From the NCBI GenBank assembly GCA_051418015.1, contig JBPRGF010000029.1:1-64000 (forward strand): DNA of 64,000 nt. The letters are read 5' to 3'. Both the position numbers and the translations under genes were made by a program. The notes under the pieces are model-generated. The model searched no databases, was not told the origin of the DNA, and saw only the letters and a program-made list of their open reading frames with translations. This document shows positions 19,890-28,933 of this stretch, piece after piece (within the stretch, counting starts at the first letter, position 1; each line of letters begins with the position of its first letter). The stretch is from Candidatus Nitrospinota bacterium M3_3B_026 (GTDB taxonomy: Bacteria; Nitrospinota_A; UBA7883; JBPRGF01).

Positions 19890-20155
19890 TCCAGAAACTC
19901 CCTCTCGAAGTATGTGGGATAGCCGCGCATGTTCTTCAGGCCGGTGAAGTAGAGGCAATGCCGCAGGAACCCGCGAGGGTGGTTCCGCTTGAACCGGCCA
20001 TAGAAGTACGGGCCGAAGACGGGCAGCGTCCACAGCAGCCACGACTCGAACATCAGCGCCACGAACAGCGCGATGAAGAAGACCGCCAACTCGTCCGACT
20101 CCAGCCATAGGACCTGTATCGGCGAGTTGAGGTATCGGGGGAATCGCTTCTCCAT
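19886..20155 (-). CDS. traL: Conjugal transfer protein TraL
   Basis: FPRYLNSP..LWLESDE..PRGFLRH..G. Confidence 0.9.
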   Translation of the reverse strand: MEKRFPRYLNSPIQVLWLESDELAVFFIALFVALMFESWLLWTLPVFGPYFYGRFKRNHPRGFLRHCLYFTGLKNMRGYPTYFEREFLE

Positions 20156-20457
20156 CAGATGATCGCGCCGAGGGTGGTGACGATGGAATCGGCTTTCAGA
20201 AGCATAGCGCCACCTAAAACAGCGGGGACGGCGGCCAGTATCTTGCCCTGTATCGCGATCACCGCTCCAAAGACGATCGAAGCCGCGCCGGCGACGAAGC
20301 CAATCGGGCCTTTGAGTATGCTGTTAATGGCGATGTCGTAGATGTCATAGGCGAACGTGCCAGCGCCCGGGGCCGCCAGGGCGAATGCGTCCGTGGCCAT
20401 GGATACAGCCAGCAGGGCCGAGGACAAGACGATCAGCTGCTTTGTCGAGTTGCTCAT
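20155..20457 (-). CDS. traA: Conjugative pilin TraA
   Basis: 100-aa hydrophobic protein with signal peptide and two TM segments directly upstream of traL. Confidence 0.8.
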   Translation of the reverse strand: MSNSTKQLIVLSSALLAVSMATDAFALAAPGAGTFAYDIYDIAINSILKGPIGFVAGAASIVFGAVIAIQGKILAAVPAVLGGAMLLKADSIVTTLGAII

Positions 20458-21269
20458 TATTTCCTATCTCCTCCATTGAGCAGGTTTTCGATTTGTTGGA
20501 AGTTGGTGCCATTGACGCGCTCTCCGTTTATCCAGAAGGTGGGAGTGGAGCTGACGCCGAGTTTGCGCGCCCAGCTCATGCTCTCGGCAAGAAGGGGATC
20601 GGCTTTCTCCTTGCAGGACGTCAATAGTTCGAATTCTCCATTGTCGAGATCGCCCTTCATCGCGGCCGAGTAAGCGGAGGCCGGATTATCGGAGCAGAGG
20701 ATCCATTTCGCTTTCTTCCCGGCGTCAGGGTGAATGTTTGTCAGCGGAAAGAAGAAGACGTAACGGGTGACGTCGTCCTTCTTCTCGAACCACCCGGCGG
20801 CTTTTCGGCAGAATGGGCAGTCTGGATCGGCGAACTCTATGACGGTGTTCTGCCCATCTCCGATCTTTACAACCTTATCCAGCGGCAGGTCTTTTATAAG
20901 CGCGGAGATTCGCTCATCACGCCGCGTGGCGGTGATCGACTTCCCGTCCCGCAAAATCTCGCCGAGAACTAAAAAGTCCGGCGGCGCGAAGTAAAGGGCA
21001 TTACCGCCCCGCGCCACCTCGTACACGCCGGGGATATCCATTTTCCGGAACGACTCGTACTCAACGCCCGGGTAATTCTTCCTGAAAACCCGCTCGGCCG
21101 CCTTGACGTTCTTCGGTGCCTCACACTCGTCGCAAACGATGAACTGCGGCTCGGTCTTTGTCTCCGCCGTGCAGTCACACCCGTAGCCCAGCCACTGGAT
21201 ATCGGCGGCGGCCGAACTCTGGGCAAAAACAAGAGCAAAGCTAAAAAGCGCGATAAAGATTCTGGTCAT
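20457..21269 (-). CDS. dsbC: DsbC-family disulfide isomerase
   Basis: FADPDCPFC, FFPL..HP, STPT; signal peptide; GGAGG RBS. Confidence 0.88.
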   Translation of the reverse strand: MTRIFIALFSFALVFAQSSAAADIQWLGYGCDCTAETKTEPQFIVCDECEAPKNVKAAERVFRKNYPGVEYESFRKMDIPGVYEVARGGNALYFAPPDFLVLGEILRDGKSITATRRDERISALIKDLPLDKVVKIGDGQNTVIEFADPDCPFCRKAAGWFEKKDDVTRYVFFFPLTNIHPDAGKKAKWILCSDNPASAYSAAMKGDLDNGEFELLTSCKEKADPLLAESMSWARKLGVSSTPTFWINGERVNGTNFQQIENLLNGGDRK

Positions 21270-21339
21270 TCTCAAACCTCCTACCCATATGTGCGGAGGA
21301 GGCAATAGAGAATTTCAAAACGATGAGGAAAGGTATCCC

Positions 21340-21591
21340 TCAATCATCGATGTCGCCCAGTACCTTTCGAACCGGATCGTCGCTCTTTTGAGGAACGGCT
21401 TTGAGTGTAGGCCGATTATTGATTGAAACAGACGAGTCCTTTCGCAAGACGCCAAAGACGGCCGCGCCCTCCTCGCTCTCCAGGTAGAGCCTCAGCGCTC
21501 GCTCGACGAACTTCGCCCTTGCGCCTCGTGGGACCATGTTGACGCTCTCAAGCACGCTCTTGTCCCGGAGCGTCACTATGAGTTTTTTCAC
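21340..21591 (-). CDS. Small ribbon-helix-helix-like protein (ParR/StbB-like adaptor candidate)
   Basis: 83 aa directly downstream of the ParM-like gene; PRGARAKFVERALRLY RHH-like pattern. Confidence 0.6.
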   Translation of the reverse strand: MKKLIVTLRDKSVLESVNMVPRGARAKFVERALRLYLESEEGAAVFGVLRKDSSVSINNRPTLKAVPQKSDDPVRKVLGDIDD

Positions 21592-21592
21592 G

Positions 21593-22540
21593 CTACGCCG
21601 TCTTCAGCGCCCTGGCCTTGAGGGCCTTTAAAAAACCACGGGCGTTGGCGAACTCCGGCTCATCGGGGATAAAGAGCACCTTTCGGTACCTCGCTGGGAT
21701 GTATGTCTTGAGATAATAGGCTCCACCTCCGGCCAGGATCAGTTTTCCCGCACGTTGGAGGCGATCCTCCCAGCGGGACGCCACGACGGATAGCAGCCAC
21801 TCCACGTATCTTTCGGTCGTTCCACGAATGGTTTCGCTGAGGTCCTTTTCGTATCCATAGACGGCGAGCTTCCCTTTCAACAGCGCGTCTTTAGCCTCCT
21901 GCTCGCTGAGGTTTATGGTGGTCTCAGTCTGAAGGGCGTTGGCGAGCTCTTGTGTGACTTTCGATATCCCCGCCCTCTCGAGCATGCCGGAGTCGGCCTT
22001 CACCGCCGACCCGTTTTCGAACGCCACGACGTCGACAGTGTTGAAACCCACGTCCAGAACAAGGCCACAGACGGCGGTTCCTTCCTTCTCGCTGCCATCA
22101 TCGGAGAGCCTGTAGTCGAGCAACGCCCCGACGCCCTGGGGAAACACCTCCGCGCCGAGTTCCATCGTCCTGCCGTCAACCTCGATCTTCCTCATCGATG
22201 ACAAAAACTCCGATTTGTTTTGCGAGGTGTAATAGGCCATAGGAAGACCAAAGGCGAGTGAGGAAATATTCATCTTTAATTCCTCGATCGCCCTACAAGC
22301 CAGCAGGGGAGCGTACTTCCTGAGAAACTCAAGACTCCTCGTCGAGAAGGCCCGTGATATTGCGGCTTCACCGACCACGTATTTTCGTCCCATGTACAGA
22401 TGCTCCCGGTGATCATTGGACAGCTCGCCGAGATCGCACACCCCATCGCCCGCGTATGCGACCGCCGTGGGGATTTTGAGTTTCCTTCCATCCTCGGCGA
22501 CCGCTTTCACGTCGCCGAAACCAATGTCCAGTCCAAGCAT
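21593..22540 (-). CDS. ParM/StbA-family actin-like partition ATPase
   Basis: GLDIGFGDVK, PQGVGA, LDVGFNTVD, LAGGGA, ANARGF actin-fold motifs. Confidence 0.9.
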   Translation of the reverse strand: MLGLDIGFGDVKAVAEDGRKLKIPTAVAYAGDGVCDLGELSNDHREHLYMGRKYVVGEAAISRAFSTRSLEFLRKYAPLLACRAIEELKMNISSLAFGLPMAYYTSQNKSEFLSSMRKIEVDGRTMELGAEVFPQGVGALLDYRLSDDGSEKEGTAVCGLVLDVGFNTVDVVAFENGSAVKADSGMLERAGISKVTQELANALQTETTINLSEQEAKDALLKGKLAVYGYEKDLSETIRGTTERYVEWLLSVVASRWEDRLQRAGKLILAGGGAYYLKTYIPARYRKVLFIPDEPEFANARGFLKALKARALKTA

Positions 22541-22625
22541 TTGTTCTCTCCTCTCAACTTGAACATGTCCCGTTTTTGTGGACACCTCGAAAAGATGGAT
22601 AATACTCGTTCGATGGAGGTGTTCA

Positions 22626-22937
22626 ATGGCGGAGAGATACAGGAAGTACAGCCGTGAGTTCAAGATCGAGACGGTGAATATGGTAACGGAAGGTGGTCAC
22701 AAGGTCTCGGAGGTGGCCCGTGATCTTGGGGTCCATGAGAACCTGATTTACAAATGGCGTAAGCAGTTTGCCGAAGACGCTGAGGAGTCGTTTCCCGGCA
22801 AGGGTCGGTTAAAGGCGAGTGACGAGGAGCTTCACCGTTTGCGGCGCGAGCTTTTGAAGACCCGGCAGGAGCGCGACATTTTAAAAAAGGCGCTGGCCTA
22901 CTTCGCCGAGGAAGACCGTCGCGGTTCCGGTTCATAG
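22626..22937 (+). CDS. IS3 transposase OrfA (HTH)
   Basis: YSREFK..VSEVARDLGV..W..ERDILKKA; A6G slippery site at 22883-22889. Confidence 0.9.
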   Translation: MAERYRKYSREFKIETVNMVTEGGHKVSEVARDLGVHENLIYKWRKQFAEDAEESFPGKGRLKASDEELHRLRRELLKTRQERDILKKALAYFAEEDRRGSGS

Positions 22938-23776
22938 AAGAACACCGCGGGGTTTGCGAGGTAGGCCTGATGTGTCGTGTATTTGGTGTGTCGCGGAGCG
23001 GTTATTACGCGTGGCTGAATCGTTCCGAGAGTTTTTGTTCGAGGGAGAACGGGCGTTTGCTGGAGAGGATCGGAGAGATTCACAAGGAGAGCCGTGGCAC
23101 GTATGGAAGTCCCCGTGTTCACGCCCAGCTGCGGTCGGATGGCGTCCGATGCGGCCGTAAGCGTGTCTGCCGTCTGATGCGGGCGAACGGCATACGCGCC
23201 AGACAGCGGCGCAAGTTCCGGGCGACGACCGATTCGAAGCACAATCATCCGGTGGCGGAGAATCGTCTGAACCGTGAGTTCGTCGCCTTGGCGCCTGACC
23301 GGGTGTGGGTGGGCGACATAACGTACGTCTGGACCCGGGAAGGCTGGCTTTACCTGGCGGTTGTAATGGACCTTTTTTCCAGGCTTGTCGTGGGTTGGTC
23401 GATGGGTAGCCGTATCACGCGGGAGCTGACGATGTCGGCGCTGCGCATGACCATATGTCGCAGGAAGCCGAGGGCCGGCCTGCTGGCCCACCATGACCGG
23501 GGGAGCCAGTACGCCTGTTCCGACTACCGCAAGCTTTTGAAGACGAGCGGGATCGAGCTTAGCATGAGCCGCAAGGGCGACTGCTGGGACAACGCGGTGG
23601 CGGAGAGCTTTTTCGGGACGCTGAAGACGGAGCTTGTCCATCATCGTAATTACCGGACGAGGGACGAGGCCAGAGCGGATATCTTCGAGTGGATCGAGGT
23701 GTTCTATAATCGCAAGCGCCGTCATTCAACCCTGGGGTACCTCAGTCCGGCGGAGTTTGAGAATGCGGCAGCTTAA
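22883..23776 (+). CDS. IS3 transposase OrfB (DDE), reached by -1 frameshift; first ATG at 22970
   Basis: The -1 frame is open from AAAAAAG; WVGDITY, HHDRGSQY, DNAVAESFF. Confidence 0.92.
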   Translation, partial: KKGAGLLRRGRPSRFRFIEEHRGVCEVGLMCRVFGVSRSGYYAWLNRSESFCSRENGRLLERIGEIHKESRGTYGSPRVHAQLRSDGVRCGRKRVCRLMRANGIRARQRRKFRATTDSKHNHPVAENRLNREFVALAPDRVWVGDITYVWTREGWLYLAVVMDLFSRLVVGWSMGSRITRELTMSALRMTICRRKPRAGLLAHHDRGSQYACSDYRKLLKTSGIELSMSRKGDCWDNAVAESFFGTLKTELVHHRNYRTRDEARADIFEWIEVFYNRKRRHSTLGYLSPAEFENAAA

Positions 23777-23819
23777 CTACGTGTCCACAAAAACGGGGGA
23801 AGGTCGTGAAAAATCAGCC

Positions 23820-23893
23820 AAAGTTAATTAGCCTTCGCCTAAAGGGGGTCCAATTAACTTTCACGGCCCTTGAAGGGGGGTGTAATTAACTTT
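23820..23893. repeat. Three AATTAACTTT motifs spaced 32 bp apart (one inverted, two direct)
   Basis: AAAGTTAATT 23820-23829, AATTAACTTT 23852-23861 and 23884-23893; both direct copies preceded by AAGGGGG. Confidence 0.75.
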
Positions 23894-24005
23894 CGACCCC
23901 TTTCAACGTATATGTGGGGAGACCGCAAGGCGTCGACGGGCGTGGGCGAGAGGCGGCGCGGTTTGGCGCGGAATTTGTAAAAATATAGTTTTTTAAGTAT
24001 GTAGT

Positions 24006-24527
24006 TTATTTGTTTATTAGGCGGAGCCTCGGCCTCGTCGAAAAATGTTCCCGCACGCGGCGCAATCCCGCGTCACGCAGTTGCTGGACGCATTGCCGTG
24101 AGCAGCCGAGGTCGGCGGCTATCGCGGTAAGGGTCGGCGTCCCTCCGTTGGCGCCCAGTAGGCGGCGCCACACGTCCTTCTCCCGCGGCGTCATGATTTC
24201 GAGCGAGGTTTCCAACTGGTCGTCACGGATCGGCAACGGCGATGTGGTTACGGCCACCGGCTCCACGTCCTCCGAAAGTTTTGGTCCATTCAGCATCCCT
24301 CGGCATTGGTTCTTGAACACGCCCCAGAAGTATCGCTCGAACAGCTCCGGGTTTTTCTCGACCTCGGACGAAGTCATCGCCTCATACGCCGAGACGTAGG
24401 CCTGCTGAATAAAATCCTCGATGTCGTATGCCGACATTCCCATCCTCGACCTCGCCCAGCCGCTTATCCTGTCCCTCCTCGAGTCCACCCAGGGGACAAT
24501 CGTTTCCCAACCCGTGTTTTTCGTCAT
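24006..24527 (-). CDS. ECF/sigma-70-like factor encoded by the ICE
   Basis: Region-2-like DIEDFIQQAYVSAYE..FERYFW..FKN and region-4 HTH MTPREKDV..TLTAIAADLGCSRQCVQQLRDAGLRR. Confidence 0.78.
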   Translation of the reverse strand: MTKNTGWETIVPWVDSRRDRISGWARSRMGMSAYDIEDFIQQAYVSAYEAMTSSEVEKNPELFERYFWGVFKNQCRGMLNGPKLSEDVEPVAVTTSPLPIRDDQLETSLEIMTPREKDVWRRLLGANGGTPTLTAIAADLGCSRQCVQQLRDAGLRRVREHFSTRPRLRLINK

Positions 24528-24808
24528 CGGTCTTTCCCTTCGGCGGAGGGTTTGTATGGGCGGAGCGTATGCAGGTGGCAGTTCGTCCCCTCGCATTCGG
24601 CGATCAGCCGCCGGTAACTGCGTTGCCGCCCAACGCACTCGTAGCAGTTCGCCGCGATGGCAAGGCGCATATACTTTTTGCTTTCCGGCCGGCTTTTCGT
24701 TCTTTGCAGTCTCTCCACGGGATCCGCCGACGGTTTGATACCACTCTCGTAAAGCCGCCTCTTTTTCTCCCACGCCCTTTTCAGGGACTCAGGATCGCCA
24801 AATTCCAC
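24524..24808 (-). CDS. Small Cys/His-rich putative zinc-binding protein
   Basis: AIAANCYECVG..ECEGTNCHLHTLRP; GTG start with GGAAAGGA RBS; 4-bp overlap with the sigma-like gene. Confidence 0.7.
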   Translation of the reverse strand: MEFGDPESLKRAWEKKRRLYESGIKPSADPVERLQRTKSRPESKKYMRLAIAANCYECVGRQRSYRRLIAECEGTNCHLHTLRPYKPSAEGKDR

Positions 24809-25042
24809 GGGTTTTATCCTTTCCCATGTGCATGACGCACAAGGCGGTGAAACAGGAATTCATGAGTAAAGGTTTCCCCTTCCCGACACGAAGCATTCTC
24901 TCCGTCTAGTGCGTTACGCACTAGCGAAACGGAATTGTCGATAATTGACGTCAGGGAGTTTGCCGCCAGCAACGTATTCCGCCTTTTCAACGTACCTCGG
25001 TACGAAACCATCGGCCAAAAAGACCCCCCACAGGCGGCGCAC

Positions 25043-25407
25043 TGGTGGATTGGTGGAAGGGGGGTGTCTTCGATTAAAGCCGTCAAATATTTCAAACAGT
25101 TGACTTCCACCACTTTCCACCAGTCAGCGATTTTTTTTGGTGGAAACTGGTGGACTGCTTTTTCATACACCCCTGCAACTGGTGGATGCGTGTTTTGTAT
25201 CTTTTCATCGCTCCCTGTTCTTCTTTCTCCTTTGAAATCAATTAAAAGAGAGAGATAAAAGGGGCGAGGCCGCGAAAACGGCCTGGTGGAGAAGGAGGCG
25301 AAAATGGTGGAAGTCGAAGCGAAACTGGTGGAGAATGGCGGGTGACTGGTGGAGGGGTCGCTCTCCCGAATCAATGAGTTAGGCCGGATGAGAATGAGAA
25401 TCCACCA
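25043..25407. repeat. TGGTGGA iteron-like array (12 copies); candidate replication origin
   Basis: Forward at 25043, 25051, 25138, 25148, 25180, 25284, 25305, 25326, 25347; reverse at 25106, 25116, 25401; AT-rich stretch about 25190-25260. Confidence 0.8.
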
Positions 25408-25495
25408 GTTATCCGCGCCCTCCCCGCGTCCTGAACGACTAAAATCGGGCGGGAAAGTTCGAGTCCTGAAACATCTTTTTACCGGGGTGCATGAT

Positions 25496-28228
25496 TTAAT
25501 AACCTGGCCAGCCATCGTCGCTGTCTTTCGGAGCGGGAGATTCAACAGGCGCAGAGAGTCCGAACCGTTCCAGCCGCTCGACGCTGATGGCCAGCATCCT
25601 GCTCAGACGCTTGCCGTCGATCGTGCGCTCAACGTGATCATTGACCACGACGCCGGCGGAGAGAAGCTGACGTTTGAAGACGCGATCGGATTTGACCGGC
25701 AGCATGTTCCACTTGTCCCGCAGGCTCATCGTGTGGGCGATGTGATCCATGACGTGGCTCGAGCGGACGACCAGGCAAAGCTCGCCCTCCAGCGTGACGG
25801 GATCGAGAACCGTATCCCACGTGTAGGGATGGCCGAATCTCCCCGCCGCTATTTCTGATAGGAGAATTTCCATGACCCAGACCCATGGCTCGCGGTCGGC
25901 TACGGTGTCGGCAAGATGAACGTTCATCTCCTCGACAAGGTCATCAATAAATCCGCCTTGGCTATCGTCGATTCCGGCGAACTCGCAGAGAAGTTTCCAC
26001 GCCAGGAGGACTGCGGCGTAGTTGCCGGACATGCGTTGAGCCTGCGTGTCGTCTTTCGGAGCGCGGCTACGGTCTAGAAGAAAGTTGTGAGCCTGTTCAT
26101 GTCCTTCCAAAGCTCGTTTGCGTGTCAGCCCGGCAATGAACTTGAGCCATTCGAGGACAGGGAATCGTGGCAGGTCGTGTGGCAGGAGCGTTCCCTTTCT
26201 ACCCGTAAGCTCCGTCTGTACGACCTTGCCGAGAAGGGACCGAACGGGGACATCCTCACCGGCAAGAAGCACTGGAGCACAGATCAGGTATTCGGTCATT
26301 TCACTTCCACGCCTGGTCACAGAGTACTGATAGGCCTCCTGCAACAGCGCGACCGCCTTGTCGATCACTTCCTGACGTCTCGCCGAAAGCTCCTCCCAAC
26401 CCACAGGGTGCGACGTGTGGGAGACACTGGTCAGCAACCGGAACTCCGTCGATAGCGACTGGCCTGAAAACATCGTCATGGCGATCGTGCGTTCGAGCCG
26501 TTTGACGAGGGTCGACTTGCCAGCGCCCTTATCCGCCTGCATGATCATATGCGGCCAAAATCCGAGAAAGGTCTTCAGGTGCGATCCAAGCGCCCAGGCT
26601 AGTAACATCGAGGCGGCGTTCTTTTTGAACGTTGATTGATACGCGGCTATCACCCGGCGGGCATCGCTATTCGTCCCTGACGGAAAGGTTAACGAATGAT
26701 AGGGGCACTGCTTTTCCGGATCCGTGAAATAGCAGTCCGGCCCTTCGTTGACCACCGGTTTGCCGTCGAGCCACGCAAGCCCCACGAAGTTCGCCACCTT
26801 CCGCTCGCCGATGCGGGCCGCGCGCTCCCATATCATCACCAGGCGGGATAGCAGGGCCTGCTTGAACACCGGCCCGAACTTTTTCCACCTCTCGACATTG
26901 TGCAGATCCTCATCGTTGAATACGCGCCGGACGAGGTTCGGCCCATGCCGCGGAACCTGGGCGGAGACGGCGAAGTAGACCTTCGGCTGGTTATCCACGT
27001 CGCCTGTCATTACAGATGTGGCGGCGGCGACGGTCACGCGAGAGAGCGCCGCGATCCTGAATCCCGCGACGTCTTCTGCCTGGATATTCTCCTCGCCTTC
27101 GTCGTCCGTCTCCACCTTGGAGATATGGCTCGTAAAATCTTCTTTCACACGGAACCGCCAGTAACGGGAGTAGTCGTGATTGGGAAGCCACAGCCTCGAT
27201 CTTCCCTTGGCGCTTTCTCCCGGCAATCCGGGTATCGCCCACGGCTCAAGCTTTCGCAGGGCTTGGCGTAGCTCGTCGACACCGAGTTCGCGCAGGATGT
27301 CGTTGACGTCGTTATGCTCCCACTCGCTTTGATCAACCATCAGCGAGGCGATATTGAGCGCCGTCAGACGCTCGTTCAACTCCCATGCGGCTTCGGGGCC
27401 GGGCCTGCGGCCGTTCTCCTGCTGGTCATCGTTGTCCATGCAGATGACGACCCTTTTGCTCTGCAAGAACCGCCAGTCTATGGAGCCGACGTTGGCGACA
27501 CCGCGCGTGGCCACCACTGCAACGCCATTAAGTTTGGCTGTCTCGATGGACAGCGCGTTGATCGGCGATTCGACGATATAAACCGTATGCGCCTTTTTTA
27601 CGAAACTCCATGATGATGTCCATGGATGGCCGGATTTCTCGCCATGGCAGACGGTTTTAATTCCGCCGTTGAGGTCGGGATTGACAAATCGTAGATCGAC
27701 TGCGGCAACATGTCCGGGGTTGAGAGACCTGACTACGAATGCCGCTGCGGGGCCACCATACATCAAATCGCCGGGTGATAGTTTTTGGCTGGTCCATGTG
27801 TTCCAGCCAATGGCCCGTGTTTTGATGGCTTTTCCGATGATCTCCCCGGATATACCGCGTTCCGTGAGATAACCGATTACGCCTGCCGCGTCCGCCAAAC
27901 AGCGTTCGGAGATATACTCAGCATGCGTTTTGGGGAGTGTTTTATCTAACGCTGGCCTCTCGGCGATTCCGTATATCTCATGCAACCGTCTTATCGCCTC
28001 GCCTGCATCACAGCCGGTGACGTACCTGACCAGATCAACACAGGAGCCGCCTTCGCCGGTAGAATGATCCTTCCAAGCCTTGCCGTCAGCGAAGATGGAC
28101 AACGATGGATTCTTATCCGGATGCTTCGGGCTACGGTAGTTGCCCCGCCCGCCGGGCCGCTCCAGTCCCAGCCTGGACGCGAGATCGTGCAGGTCTATGA
28201 GTTCCTTCAGCTCGCTGATTCCGCCCAC
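25496..28228 (-). CDS. Phage-type primase-helicase replication protein (CHC2-like + TOPRIM + P-loop NTPase)
   Basis: N-terminal SPKHPDKNPSL..WKDH..GEGGS, TOPRIM IVESPINALS..CMDND, Walker A ADKGAGKST, Walker B WEE. Confidence 0.85.
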   Translation of the reverse strand: MGGISELKELIDLHDLASRLGLERPGGRGNYRSPKHPDKNPSLSIFADGKAWKDHSTGEGGSCVDLVRYVTGCDAGEAIRRLHEIYGIAERPALDKTLPKTHAEYISERCLADAAGVIGYLTERGISGEIIGKAIKTRAIGWNTWTSQKLSPGDLMYGGPAAAFVVRSLNPGHVAAVDLRFVNPDLNGGIKTVCHGEKSGHPWTSSWSFVKKAHTVYIVESPINALSIETAKLNGVAVVATRGVANVGSIDWRFLQSKRVVICMDNDDQQENGRRPGPEAAWELNERLTALNIASLMVDQSEWEHNDVNDILRELGVDELRQALRKLEPWAIPGLPGESAKGRSRLWLPNHDYSRYWRFRVKEDFTSHISKVETDDEGEENIQAEDVAGFRIAALSRVTVAAATSVMTGDVDNQPKVYFAVSAQVPRHGPNLVRRVFNDEDLHNVERWKKFGPVFKQALLSRLVMIWERAARIGERKVANFVGLAWLDGKPVVNEGPDCYFTDPEKQCPYHSLTFPSGTNSDARRVIAAYQSTFKKNAASMLLAWALGSHLKTFLGFWPHMIMQADKGAGKSTLVKRLERTIAMTMFSGQSLSTEFRLLTSVSHTSHPVGWEELSARRQEVIDKAVALLQEAYQYSVTRRGSEMTEYLICAPVLLAGEDVPVRSLLGKVVQTELTGRKGTLLPHDLPRFPVLEWLKFIAGLTRKRALEGHEQAHNFLLDRSRAPKDDTQAQRMSGNYAAVLLAWKLLCEFAGIDDSQGGFIDDLVEEMNVHLADTVADREPWVWVMEILLSEIAAGRFGHPYTWDTVLDPVTLEGELCLVVRSSHVMDHIAHTMSLRDKWNMLPVKSDRVFKRQLLSAGVVVNDHVERTIDGKRLSRMLAISVERLERFGLSAPVESPAPKDSDDGWPGY

Positions 28229-28249
28229 CCGCTCCCCCTCATCTAAAAA

Positions 28250-28918
28250 TCATCCAGGTGTCTCCAGCCGACGCCGGCCCAAGATGAAAGGCGTCTTTAC
28301 CAGCCTCCCCTTGAGGCTTGCCCGCCGCACGAAAACGGGGATGTCTACCGCGTCACATTGCCTCGCGAGGCTCCATATCCAATCCATTTCACAACGCCCG
28401 GCGGAGCCTGCGCCGATGATTACCCAGTCGAGAGCGTCCAGATAATTGGCCAGGTCAATTTGATCAAGCAGCGGATCCAACGATGCGAGGGTGCTCCAAC
28501 ACTCGGAGAGGCGGCGCAGATAGGGAATCCTCATGTCCGCCGCCTGTTGACTCTCCGCACTTATCCCGATAAAGACGTTCGACAATGGCGCTACAGACAG
28601 AAGAAGGCGCGCCATACGATCCGGGCGTTTGGTTATGACGATGAACAAATGATGAGGACACGCCCCAATGATTCCGAAAGCGCGAATGATAAACCCGTCC
28701 GGAACGGCCGGATGAAAAAGATCGTTTCGGATTATCCAAGTCTTAGGCTGTTCGTTTTTGAGGGGCGCATCGAGGGAACCAGGTCGTATGCTGACAGCGC
28801 TCTTTTTGCAGAGCGCTCCGCAACCGTCGCACCCTACTGATACACGTGCGCAACCGGAGACCAGCGGCCATACGCGGTCCCAGTATCGGCCGCGCTCCAG
28901 CCTTGCCTTGCTGACCAT
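28250..28918 (-). CDS. DUF5131 (phage Gp37/Gp68) family protein
   Basis: GCARVSVGCDGC, DLFH, TKRPDR, DWVIIG, C...IPVF. Confidence 0.85.
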   Translation of the reverse strand: MVSKARLERGRYWDRVWPLVSGCARVSVGCDGCGALCKKSAVSIRPGSLDAPLKNEQPKTWIIRNDLFHPAVPDGFIIRAFGIIGACPHHLFIVITKRPDRMARLLLSVAPLSNVFIGISAESQQAADMRIPYLRRLSECWSTLASLDPLLDQIDLANYLDALDWVIIGAGSAGRCEMDWIWSLARQCDAVDIPVFVRRASLKGRLVKTPFILGRRRLETPG

Positions 28919-28933
28919 CGCCTGCCGGGCCGC

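Larger units (their letters stand above)
22560..23806 (+). mobile_element. IS3-family insertion sequence
   Basis: Terminal IRs TGAACATGTCCCGTTTTTGTGGACAC (22560-22585) and GTGTCCACAAAAACGGGGGAAGGTCG (23781-23806); OrfA/OrfB organisation. Confidence 0.95.

Noticed and set aside
22541..22663. N-terminal extension of the ParM-like ORF
   Set aside because: It runs into the IS3 left end; the ATG at 22540 has an RBS and starts at the actin phosphate-1 motif
25043..25407. CRISPR array or Chi sites
   Set aside because: Repeats are only 7 bp, in mixed orientation, with no cas genes; none is the E. coli Chi GCTGGTGG
24814..25545. 243-aa minus-strand ORF and other ORFs over the repeat array
   Set aside because: Low-complexity translation driven by the repeats, no recognisable motifs; better explained as non-coding origin DNA
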